From Roseibacillus sp. (GTDB lineage: Bacteria; Verrucomicrobiota; Verrucomicrobiia; Verrucomicrobiales; Akkermansiaceae), in assembly GCA_028821775.1 (NCBI GenBank), contig JAPKFB010000005.1:26257-90256 (forward strand): a stretch of 64,000 bases of DNA, given 5' to 3'. The notes under the pieces are model-generated. The model was not told the origin of the DNA, did not search any database, and saw nothing but the letters and a program-made list of their open reading frames with translations. Positions 55,917 to 64,000 of the stretch are shown here, piece after piece. How positions within the stretch are numbered: the first letter of the stretch is position 1; every line of letters starts with the position of its first letter. The position numbers were made by a program, and so were the translations under genes.

Positions 55917-56477
55917 GTGTCGATGGCCCAGCAGAACCCCTTCAACAGATCTGACTTCGAGCAACTGCTCGACGGGATCCAGAGTGCCCTGCATGCCTAC
56001 ATCATTTCCCTCCTCGGTCCCGAGGCCGACTCAGACGATGTCCTGCAGGAAACAAACCGTTTTCTCTGCGAACGCTGGCGCGACTTCGACCCCGGAACCA
56101 GCTTCCGCACCTGGACCGTCGAACATGGCGTGCTCACGCTCTCCATTTGCCACCCGGATACCGACGCCCTGGAGTGCATCGAACGCCATCTCCTCCGCGA
56201 AGACGGCACCCTCCTCTTTCTCGATCGTCCCTACCGCAACGCGCGGCGACTCATCCCCGGCCTCTCTTCAGCGGCTCACCAGATGCGGCGTCACAAAAAA
56301 GTAGAGATCGCTCATCATCTTCTGCTTACGCTTGCTCTTGAAGAGATTCCCCAACAGGGGAGCGTCGCCGATGATGGGAATCTTCTCTTCCCGCCCAATC
56401 TGCCGCGCCATGCGGAGACCGCCGAAGGCCAAGGTGCTGCCGTGTTTCACTTCCACCCGCGTTTCGGCTTGGCGTGA
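55917..56477 (+). CDS. ECF-type sigma-70 factor, probably degenerate/truncated
   Basis: Clear region-2 signature (DDVLQETNRFL...FDPGTSFRTW). Regions 2.4-4 are short and poorly recognisable. The ORF has no stop until it has run 210 nt antisense into the secretin gene. Confidence 0.35.
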   Translation: MSMAQQNPFNRSDFEQLLDGIQSALHAYIISLLGPEADSDDVLQETNRFLCERWRDFDPGTSFRTWTVEHGVLTLSICHPDTDALECIERHLLREDGTLLFLDRPYRNARRLIPGLSSAAHQMRRHKKVEIAHHLLLTLALEEIPQQGSVADDGNLLFPPNLPRHAETAEGQGAAVFHFHPRFGLA

Positions 56478-57755
56478 ATCGAGAATCGGATTCATGAGCC
56501 GGGTATTCAGCGTCCCGTCCTTCATATCCGGCAGGGGCGCGAATCCTGAAATCGCGGACACCACGGTGAGAATGTGCAGCTTCACCGAATTCTCTCCGAC
56601 CGAAAGTGGCGTGATGTGCAATTGCACTCCCACCGGCTTGTAGGAAATCTTCTCGGTGACGAACTTGTCGTTGGTAAGACGACCTTCGCGGATGGGCAAC
56701 TCCTGACCAGCCATCATGTAGGCAGGTTGGCCCGCTTCCACCGTCATGCGCGGTTGCGAAACCACTTTTACCATACCCTCCTTCTCCAGGGCTTCGAGAG
56801 TCGCATCCATCCCGATTCCAGCTTTCTGGAGCATCCCAACCAGGTTCAACACTCCTCCCGGGTCAGGTCCCACTCCGTTCAGGGGATCGACAACTTGTCC
56901 GACAAAGGAGGCCGGACTGAAGTTTCCAAGTAAAGCCTGCGAATTGTTGCTGCCAAGGTGCTTGAGAAGAGTGTTCATGCCCACCTGCATGTCGAAGTCG
57001 GAGGACACTTCGAAAATACGCACCGAAATTTCCACCTGCTTGCGCCCCGAGTCCACGTGCTCCATCAGCAACATCACGCTGTCCTGCGCTTCTCGCGCAC
57101 AAGTGATCACGATCACGTTCTCTGAAGGCAGGGCTTCCACCGTGCCTTGATCACCGAGGTGCGACTGCACCACCTTCACCAGCGGCTCCAATTGATTTGG
57201 CGTGATCGTCACAACCGAGTTGTCATTGAAGCTCTTGCGGGTATTGGTCACTCCCACTCCACCAAAGTGCTCCAGACGATAGTAGATCTGGACCTTGCCG
57301 TCCGGACGGCTGATTGTCGGGATATTACGGGTTTGACGCTTCGGAGGAGCCGACTGAGTTGCATGTCCCTTTCCTCCATAGACCTGGGGCTTCCCAAAAA
57401 TCTTCGCCCAGTTTTGGGCCGAACTCATCTTTCCCCAGTCCGCCAGTTTGATGAGTTGATCTGAGCCCCCGAGCGCCTTGGAATCGCGTCCCGGATTTCC
57501 AGAGAACGAAATGGGGGCCCCCAGAGCGACCGCCACGTCATCACCACCACTTCCAACCACGGTCTTGCATTGCACCAAGAGGAGGAGGGGGAGGCTCAGG
57601 GTAAGGCACCTGAAAAGACGGGCCGGCCATCCGACTTCTACTGAAGTGGTGACGGGGACGTCCGTTCGGGTGTTCCCAATGTCGTGTGACGATCCCATAG
57701 GGTGAACAGTGGCAGCTCGTCGAAACTGTGCTGACCCTACTATAGGACTTCTCAA
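56268..57755 (-). CDS. Secretin family protein (GspD/PilQ-type)
   Basis: C-terminal secretin domain: VSQPRMTVEAGQPA, SYKPVGVQLHITP, SRQAETRVEVKHGSTLAFGGL, IPIIGDAPLLGNLFKSK, LYFFVTPHLV. Lipobox-like LLLLVQC near the N-terminus; exact start uncertain. Confidence 0.85.
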   Translation of the reverse strand: MRSPIVGSAQFRRAATVHPMGSSHDIGNTRTDVPVTTSVEVGWPARLFRCLTLSLPLLLLVQCKTVVGSGGDDVAVALGAPISFSGNPGRDSKALGGSDQLIKLADWGKMSSAQNWAKIFGKPQVYGGKGHATQSAPPKRQTRNIPTISRPDGKVQIYYRLEHFGGVGVTNTRKSFNDNSVVTITPNQLEPLVKVVQSHLGDQGTVEALPSENVIVITCAREAQDSVMLLMEHVDSGRKQVEISVRIFEVSSDFDMQVGMNTLLKHLGSNNSQALLGNFSPASFVGQVVDPLNGVGPDPGGVLNLVGMLQKAGIGMDATLEALEKEGMVKVVSQPRMTVEAGQPAYMMAGQELPIREGRLTNDKFVTEKISYKPVGVQLHITPLSVGENSVKLHILTVVSAISGFAPLPDMKDGTLNTRLMNPILDSRQAETRVEVKHGSTLAFGGLRMARQIGREEKIPIIGDAPLLGNLFKSKRKQKMMSDLYFFVTPHLVSR

Positions 57756-57897
57756 TTTGTTACATAAAACTAAATATTTTCGCTATCTTTAGCTTTCCCC
57801 ACTCCGATCCAGTAAATAGTTCAGGATTCTGAGTCCAATTCGGTCATTTTGAAGCTCCGAGGCCTCTCAGAAACTCCGTAAGGAGTTATCATTTCAG

Positions 57898-58150
57898 ATG
57901 TTGATCACCCGAGATCTCAGGAGCCGTGCCGCGATTGTGGGCAAGGGCTTCCTCATTATTTTTCTGGGACTCCTCTCCTCTACCGTGCTTCTCCTGGCAT
58001 CATCTTGCCCTGCTCGCAATCGCCATCTGGTCCTTCAGTCGGGCCTACTACTTCGCATTCTACGTCATCGAAAAGGACCTCGATCACGAGTTTCGGTAGC
58101 CCGGCCTCTTCGACTTCGCAAGGTATCTCGCAGGACGCACCCGCTCGTGA
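57898..58150 (+). pseudogene. Disrupted small two-TM membrane protein ORF
   Basis: Frame 1 gives MLITRDLRSRAAIVGKGFLIIFLGLLSSTVLLLA and then Arg-rich nonsense. The +1 frame continues HHLALLAIAIWSFSRAYYFAFYVIEKDLDHEFR, then TAG, then in frame PGLFDFARYLAGRTRS-stop. Confidence 0.3.
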
Positions 58151-58240
58151 GTCCCCAGTCTCTCAACTCCCCGCGCGGCTTTCCGTATTCTTCCATCCTC
58201 GCGGTTAGACAATGCCTTTCTCCGCGGGAGCTCCGGCAAC

Positions 58241-59326
58241 TTATCGTCCGACCTCCGTCAGCAGGTAGACCGCGAAGGACCCCAACCAGTGCTCTCCTTC
58301 GTAGCTGCCGCTGAACACCTGCTTCAGCCCGGTCTCCTGATGGCGGCGCGCGGCGGCGAGGAGAACCTTGCGACGGGAGTCGTCCTTCGGCAGCGCACTC
58401 GCAATCCCCCGCATGGCCCACGCTCGATTCAAGTTCAACCCGACCAGGTGAACAAGATGGCCGTCTCTCAGATCCTTGGGAGAGACCGGCTCTAACAGAT
58501 TTCCCAATCTTCCGCTCTCAAGATCTGGAAAGAAACGCGCCAACCAGACCTCGAATTCACCTTCGCCGAGAACGCGGCGCATGAGATCGGCTTCGTTCAG
58601 ACCGGAAGAAAAGAAGTCATGTCCCGAGGGCTCATAGGCAACCGGGTAGTTCACATCCTTTCGGTAGAACTCGAGGCATTTCGCCTCCAACAACTCCTCG
58701 AACTCCTTTGCTCCCACCGCCCGCGCGTAGTCCATCATCTGGCCGAGCGGAAAGGCGGTCTCCGGATGAAAGCCGCAGCGAATCGGCCACTCGAGCTTGG
58801 GCAGGTGCTCACGCGCATTCGCCACGATGGCTTCCTCGATCGGAGCATATCGTTTGGCCCACTCCTGACCTTGCCGGTCATCCAGGCTCCGCAGTTCCAA
58901 TCCCAGGCGCAGGGCCCAGGCCCAGCCGTACATTCGTTCGAAGCTCTTGTGGTCAGCGAGATAGTCGGCTTCGAGTCGCAGCGCATTTTCCGTGAAGCGC
59001 GCGTTCAGGACCCGACGCACCTCTTCCGCCTTCTCGTGCTCCGGAAAGAGCTTCAACAAGCGCACCAAGGTCCAGTGTCCATGCACCGAGGAATGCCAGT
59101 CGAAGTGCCCATAAAACACCGGATGGATCTTGCGGGGTGAACGAACATCCTGATCCGACTTGAAAACATGGCCCGGCTTGTTGGGATACTCGCGATCGAG
59201 CCCTCCCAAGGCCAAGTCCATGAACCGCGCCGCGCCTTCCGCATCGAGTGTTCCCCCTGGCTCCGCATTCACGGTCCCGAAGAGAACAATCGAGACGGCG
59301 ATCGACCACCCTGAAGTCATTCTCAT
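58241..59326 (-). CDS. DUF2891 family protein (exported)
   Basis: HPVFYGHFDWHSSVHGHWTLVRL is the DUF2891 hallmark. ATG 59326/59320 gives the signal peptide MRMTSGWSIAVSIVLFGTVNA. Confidence 0.75.
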   Translation of the reverse strand: MRMTSGWSIAVSIVLFGTVNAEPGGTLDAEGAARFMDLALGGLDREYPNKPGHVFKSDQDVRSPRKIHPVFYGHFDWHSSVHGHWTLVRLLKLFPEHEKAEEVRRVLNARFTENALRLEADYLADHKSFERMYGWAWALRLGLELRSLDDRQGQEWAKRYAPIEEAIVANAREHLPKLEWPIRCGFHPETAFPLGQMMDYARAVGAKEFEELLEAKCLEFYRKDVNYPVAYEPSGHDFFSSGLNEADLMRRVLGEGEFEVWLARFFPDLESGRLGNLLEPVSPKDLRDGHLVHLVGLNLNRAWAMRGIASALPKDDSRRKVLLAAARRHQETGLKQVFSGSYEGEHWLGSFAVYLLTEVGR

Positions 59327-59550
59327 GCCAACAGGAAACAGGACCGGCGGGACAAGGCCAATGAGTTTCAGGCAATCCCAATCACTTTCCCCTTTGTGAT
59401 TGCCCTTGCTGGAGGAGGGACCTGAAGTGCAACAGCTGCCACCGCAGGCAGAGGCCCGCCCGAACTCCATCTCCCTCCAAAGCAATTTTCTCATGATCAC
59501 ACCCGCAATCAGGAGGCCGCTCGTTGGTCTCCAAGGTCCGAACTGAGCCC

Positions 59551-60045
59551 ATGAATCTCGAGGATCATCCCGGTCATCCCGGCTGGAAACGAAGCGAGGA
59601 ACTTCTAGATATTCGTGATCTTCCTGCCTCCCCCGAGGAGGGCATGCGCTGTTTCTACGGTGCTGCACCCGGTGATTGGGATCATCGCCTCTTCCTGGTT
59701 CCGAACAACACGCGCATCGATGAGGTCGTCGACTTCTTTGAAGTGGGGACCCACAACGCGGTCGCCCACGGCTGGGAGGAGCGGGAGACCATGGACCTCA
59801 TCAACAAAACCCTCACCGAGATCGACGAGATCGTCCCGGGCTCGATCGAGCTCGCGACTGTCAGTGCCCTTCACTTCCGGTTCTGGCGTCAACTCCGTCT
59901 CGACGAGCTTGAGGAAATCGAAACGGTTTACCAGAAGGTCGATGACTACCAGGCTGGACTTGAAGACTACATCAATGGCCTCACCGGCGGATCCATTCTG
60001 GCGGAGGTGCGCGAGACCGGAGTGCTCAAGCTCCGCTGGGCATGA
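59551..60045 (+). CDS. Hypothetical cytoplasmic protein (possibly DUF4253-like)
   Basis: Good GC3 bias and an acidic sequence. The C-terminal pattern ...LHFRFW...GVLKLRWA is reminiscent of DUF4253 tails. Weak call. Confidence 0.5.
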   Translation: MNLEDHPGHPGWKRSEELLDIRDLPASPEEGMRCFYGAAPGDWDHRLFLVPNNTRIDEVVDFFEVGTHNAVAHGWEERETMDLINKTLTEIDEIVPGSIELATVSALHFRFWRQLRLDELEEIETVYQKVDDYQAGLEDYINGLTGGSILAEVRETGVLKLRWA

Positions 60046-60134
60046 GGTCGCGAGGGTCCCTTCCCAATATTGGCTTCTCCCCGTGAATTCTGTATTGATC
60101 TGAGTCACGCAAGGGTGCACATCGCGCAGCGCCC

Positions 60135-62030
60135 ATGGACTGGACCGTCGACCAAGCCCGCGATCTCTACGGCATTTGCCGCTGGGGTGGAGAATACTTC
60201 GACCTGAATGAAGAGGGCGAAGTGGTGGTCAATCTCACCGACGACGGAACGACCCACGCGGTCTCCCTGAAGAAGATCATCGATGACCTGCGCGAACGCG
60301 GGCGCGCCCTGCCACTCATTCTGCGATTCCGCAATTTGTTGGATCGGCGCCTGGAGAAACTCAACGGGGCCTTTCGGAGTTCCATCGAGAAGACGGGATA
60401 TCGCGGCGAATACCGCGGAGTCTATCCCATCAAGGTCAATCAACAGCAACAGGTCATCGAGGAGATCACCGACTTCGGGCGACGCTACCACTACGGCCTG
60501 GAAGCCGGCTCGCGCCCCGAACTTCTCGCCGCCCTGGCCTACATGCACGACCCCGAAGCGCTGCTCATCTGCAATGGCTACAAGGACCGCGCCTTCATCG
60601 ATCTTGCCCTGCAAGCCACTCGCATGGGCCTCCAGGTCATGCTCGTGATCGAAATGCCGGGGGAGCTTGCGGTCATCATCGAGCGATCCGAGGCCCTGGG
60701 AATCCGCCCAAGATTGGGGGTTCGTTTTCGTCTCTCTGCAAAGTCGGAAGGACTGTGGGCAGGATCGGGTGGAGATCGCTCCACCTTTGGCCTCAACGCT
60801 TCGCAGCTCGTCGATGCCATCGACACTCTCAAGGAGGCCAGCTACCTCGATTGCCTGCAGCTCTTTCACTACCATCAAGGTTCGCAGCTTCCCAATATCC
60901 GCGCCATTCGTGAAGCGGCCACCGAGGCTGTTAGAGTCTATGTGAGCCTGGTCGAAGAAGGCGCCCCCATGGGCCTGCTCGACCTCGGCGGTGGTCTCGC
61001 AGTGGATTACGACGGGAGCCACACCAACTCGCCTTCCTCCTGCAATTACGGTCTGGAGGAATACGCTTCGAATCTCGTCGCGATCGTGCAGGAGAGCTGT
61101 GACCAAGCTGGCCTCAGCCATCCCACTCTCATCACCGAAGCGGGTCGCGCGGTGGTGGCTCACTATTCCGTCCTGGTCTTCGATGTCCTCGATGTCGCGC
61201 AATTTTCGATCGCGGAGCGTCCCGAGAAGCCCGCTCAAGGCGCCCATGAGACCTTGCACAATCTCTTCGAAGTCAGTGACCGGGTGGGCACTGGGCAACC
61301 TCAGGAGTGCTACAACGACGCCCTCTTTTATCGCGATCAGGTCCGGGCCTTGTTCAACCACAGCCAAGTCTCCCTGCGCGACCGCGCCTTGGCCGAGCGC
61401 ACGTTTTGGCACGTGGTCACAGGGCTCGCGGATGAGATTCGCGGACTTCCCTACCTGCCCGAAGAGCTTCAGCAGATCGAAGACCAACTCACCGACTTCT
61501 ACTACGGAAACTTCTCGGTCTTCCAGAGTCTCCCCGACCACTGGGCCATCGATCACCTCTTCCCCATCATGCCTCTGCATCGACACCAGGAAGAACCTAC
61601 CCGGCGCGCCATTCTCGCTGACATCACCTGCGACTCTGATGGCAAGGTCGATCGCTTCATCGATCGCGAAGAAGTTCGCCGCCATCTCCCCGTTCATCCT
61701 CTGGAGTCCGGCGAGGACTACTTCATCGGCGCCTTCCTCACCGGCGCCTACCAGGAAACCCTCGGCGATCTGCACAATCTCTTGGGCGATCCCAATGTGG
61801 TCTCGATCAGCCTCCGGAACGGCAAGCCGGCCTTCACCCACGAAGTCAAAGGCGACTCGGTAGCCGAAGTTCTCAGCTACGTCGAATACGACCCCAAGGA
61901 TCTCGAGGCACGCTTCCGTAAATTTGCCGAGCAAGCAGTGCAGGAAGGCCGCATCACCGCAGCGCAACGCCGCGACATCATGACCGCATTCCGGCATTCG
62001 TTGCAGGGCTACACCTACTACGACCGCTAG
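60135..62030 (+). CDS. speA: Biosynthetic arginine decarboxylase
   Basis: MDWTVDQARDLYGI..WG..YF N-terminus, YPIKVNQQ (PLP Lys) and a 631-aa SpeA architecture. Confidence 0.93.
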   Translation: MDWTVDQARDLYGICRWGGEYFDLNEEGEVVVNLTDDGTTHAVSLKKIIDDLRERGRALPLILRFRNLLDRRLEKLNGAFRSSIEKTGYRGEYRGVYPIKVNQQQQVIEEITDFGRRYHYGLEAGSRPELLAALAYMHDPEALLICNGYKDRAFIDLALQATRMGLQVMLVIEMPGELAVIIERSEALGIRPRLGVRFRLSAKSEGLWAGSGGDRSTFGLNASQLVDAIDTLKEASYLDCLQLFHYHQGSQLPNIRAIREAATEAVRVYVSLVEEGAPMGLLDLGGGLAVDYDGSHTNSPSSCNYGLEEYASNLVAIVQESCDQAGLSHPTLITEAGRAVVAHYSVLVFDVLDVAQFSIAERPEKPAQGAHETLHNLFEVSDRVGTGQPQECYNDALFYRDQVRALFNHSQVSLRDRALAERTFWHVVTGLADEIRGLPYLPEELQQIEDQLTDFYYGNFSVFQSLPDHWAIDHLFPIMPLHRHQEEPTRRAILADITCDSDGKVDRFIDREEVRRHLPVHPLESGEDYFIGAFLTGAYQETLGDLHNLLGDPNVVSISLRNGKPAFTHEVKGDSVAEVLSYVEYDPKDLEARFRKFAEQAVQEGRITAAQRRDIMTAFRHSLQGYTYYDR

Positions 62031-62237
62031 CAGGGAGTTAAATTCTCGAACATGCCGCGCGGAATCCGGGGGATGAAAGACTTTTCTAACAACAAAACTC
62101 TCCGTCGGCGCGGCGTTGTGGAGAGATTCAACAGCCTGCTAGGCGAAATGGCGCAAGGTTGAGAGGGGCTCCGACCCCGAAGGGCTCGCAGTATCCTCAT
62201 ACAGGCTCTCAACCTGATTCCGGGCGCTGGTCATCAT

Positions 62238-63434
62238 TCATTGCTCTTCCACGCCGTTCTTTCCGATCACCAAGGCCGCGGGTACCAGGACCAGGAGAAA
62301 CTCGATGCGCGGAGCGGAGTAGACCGAGAACATTTGCCCGCAATCAAAGATCAGCGCCACGGTCCCACTCGCAAGAAGAGCAAGCCAGAGAGCGTCCTTG
62401 CGTCGTGCTTCCACCAGGGCGCTGCGACTCGCCCAACCGATCACCAAGAGCATCAGGCCCAGTCCGAGCACTCCAGTGAGGAGGAACTGGGTGAGATAGG
62501 CGCTGTGAGGATGATGGACAAACCACCCGAGTTCTTCTTCGGCAATGGTGACTTCCGCTGACATTCCGCGACCGATGACCGCATCGCGCAGAGAGGTCCG
62601 CTCGAGAAACCACTTGTAGATCTCGACCCGGCCGGTGGATCCTCTTTCCATGAGCCCACCACCATCGCCGAGCGAGAAAAGAATCACCAGATAGGCTGCG
62701 ACACTAACCCCAATGGTCGCGACGGCGGGCCAGATCGAGCGCCGAAGAAAAAATGCCAGCACAGTCAGTCCCACACCAGCTGATAGGAGGGCCCCCCGGC
62801 TCTCCGCCATCATGAGCCCGAAGACCAACACCGCGAGAGCGAGCAACCACCCGCCTCGAAACGGCCACCAATCATCGCGCCGCAAAAACCACACCGCCGC
62901 GACCGCCCCGAATGCACAAAGCATTCCGGTGAGCACCGCGTTCAGGCCTTCTTCGTAGACGAGCACGTTGCGCAAGCGGTGCCAAGCGAGCTGATGAGAG
63001 TCCTCTCCATAGTAGACCACCAGCGAGTAGAGCGTCACTCCGGCGCAGAGAATTGCGAGGAACCCGATGATGATCGCACCCGCTCCCTCCTTCCGCCCGA
63101 TCGTCACCAGGGCGACCAAGAGGAGGAAGACCATGGCGAGGTCCGTGGGATTGGAAATTTGTTCGGAGCCCCCGGACCAGAGCCGGCTGAGAGCCTGGTA
63201 TCCCAGCAGCGCGGTCACGAGCCAGAGCCAGCGTGTTTCACGGAAGGCCTTTGCCAGGAGGTCCCCATTGAGAAAGATGATCGGCAGGAGCCACCTGAAG
63301 GCCTGACGATGTTCCCACCCACTCGCGAAGAAATAGCCCCCGAGCCATAAGCCCACCGCGATGGCGAGGTAGAATTCGCGTGGCCCCCAGAGCACCGTGA
63401 AGCACCCTCGGAGCCGCATGGTGCCTCCCTCCAT
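62238..63434 (-). CDS. O-antigen ligase/polymerase-like (Wzy_C) membrane protein
   Basis: About 10-11 TM helices. Periplasmic loop with GRVEIYKWF...GRG and HHPHSAYLTQFLLTGVLG (the H..H.Y motif typical of Wzy_C). Confidence 0.6.
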   Translation of the reverse strand: MEGGTMRLRGCFTVLWGPREFYLAIAVGLWLGGYFFASGWEHRQAFRWLLPIIFLNGDLLAKAFRETRWLWLVTALLGYQALSRLWSGGSEQISNPTDLAMVFLLLVALVTIGRKEGAGAIIIGFLAILCAGVTLYSLVVYYGEDSHQLAWHRLRNVLVYEEGLNAVLTGMLCAFGAVAAVWFLRRDDWWPFRGGWLLALAVLVFGLMMAESRGALLSAGVGLTVLAFFLRRSIWPAVATIGVSVAAYLVILFSLGDGGGLMERGSTGRVEIYKWFLERTSLRDAVIGRGMSAEVTIAEEELGWFVHHPHSAYLTQFLLTGVLGLGLMLLVIGWASRSALVEARRKDALWLALLASGTVALIFDCGQMFSVYSAPRIEFLLVLVPAALVIGKNGVEEQ

Positions 63435-63536
63435 CGCTCCAATCTTTCGCTCCAGCGCAGAAGGTCAAGACAGGGCGCCAAAAACCTTTCGCTTCCCGCC
63501 GGCCCCTCACCCTTCATAGTGCCCCCGTGCACGACG

Positions 63537-64000
63537 CACTTGTCCAACTTCTCGGCCCCACCAAGGTTTCCTCCGCGAAAGAGATCCTCGCCATCCACGC
63601 TACGGACAAGTGGTATGCCTCCTCTCTTCCCGACATGGTTGTCTTTGCGGAATCCACCGAGGATATCGTGCAGACCATGCGCTTTGCCCACCAAGGCAAT
63701 ATTCCGGTGACCACCCGAGGAGCGGGTGTGGGATACGTGGGGGGTTGCGTGCCATCCATGGGAGGCATCGCCCTCTCGCTGGCTCGCATGAGCCAGATTC
63801 TTGAGCTGAATCCGGCCGACGGGGTGGCGGTGGTGCAACCAGGGGTCATCACCGGCGACCTGCAGGATGCCGCGCGCGAAATCGGGTGGTATTATCCGCC
63901 GGATCCCGCCTCGCTCAAGGAATGCTCCCTCGGGGGCAACATCTCCACCAATGCCGGAGGCCCACGTTGCCTGAAGTACGGAGTGACCCGTCCCTACGTT
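63537..64000 (+). CDS. FAD-binding oxidase, GlcD family (3' end outside window)
   Basis: GTG 63537. PDMVVFAESTEDIVQTMRFA, PVTTRGAGVGYVGG, VVQPGVITGDL, PPDPAS..ECSLGGNISTNAGGPRCLKYGVTR. Not in the ORF track because it has no stop within the window. Confidence 0.85.

Noticed and set aside
59327-59668. N-terminal extension of the DUF2891 ORF, including a Cys-rich stretch (ACGGSCCTSGPSSSKG) that could be read as a small metallothionein- or RiPP-like peptide.
   Set aside because: It is in frame with and directly upstream of a good signal peptide starting at ATG 59326. It has no independent start/stop structure and no nearby modifying enzymes, so it is most simply untranslated leader.
1-64000. Search by eye for CRISPR repeats, tRNA/rRNA/tmRNA signatures (for example GGTTCGAATCC-type T-loops), transposase/integrase/recombinase genes, phage structural genes, toxin-antitoxin pairs and known defence-system domains.
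   Set aside because: None was recognised. Absence is not proven, because I cannot run tRNAscan, Infernal or HMM searches.

Overview
GC-rich bacterial chromosomal segment with strong GC3 bias, which produces many long antisense shadow ORFs. The gene content suggests a Verrucomicrobiota/PVC-type organism (inference only): a PEP-CTERM anchor protein, five PQQ-like beta-propeller paralogues, an NPCBM-fused metalloprotease, a MoxR-DUF58-transglutaminase operon and an orphan secretin. I support about 55 protein genes. I recognised no rRNA, tRNA, CRISPR array, transposase, integrase or phage gene. Bases 1-25.5 kb are a housekeeping mosaic: family-4 UDG, M3 oligopeptidase, CDGSH protein, GHL10 hydrolase, M29 aminopeptidase, purN, the MoxR operon, tsaB, citrate synthase, holA, tadA, rpe and a parvulin PPIase. 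From 51.1 kb down to 25.8 kb every credible gene lies on the minus strand (about 21 genes). The distal 15.7 kb of that array (25795-41477) is the most interesting part. It is a 13-gene locus with minimal gaps and five stop/start overlaps. It encodes two PaaK/LuxE-type adenylating enzymes, a LuxC-like aldehyde dehydrogenase, an Fe-alcohol dehydrogenase, an exported PQQ propeller, a HemN-like radical SAM enzyme, a chorismate-lyase-like protein, a flavin-dependent halogenase with a WxWxIP motif, a GT4 glycosyltransferase, a hotdog thioesterase, a small membrane protein and a MacB/Lol-type ABC exporter. It has no PKS, NRPS, ACP or terpene genes, so it fits no biosynthetic class I know. Upstream of it lie a Na+/solute symporter, PQQ propellers and a TonB-dependent receptor. 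Beyond them lie two plus-strand PQQ genes, a metzincin-NPCBM fusion, a degenerate ECF sigma gene overlapping an orphan secretin, DUF2891, speA, an O-antigen-ligase-like gene and a partial GlcD-like oxidase. Several apparent gene relics are scattered through the window: a glmS-like tail, an NTF2-like frameshift, a truncated tandem paralogue, an alpha/beta-hydrolase stub and a disrupted small membrane ORF. All family calls come from motif recognition by eye. No database search was run.
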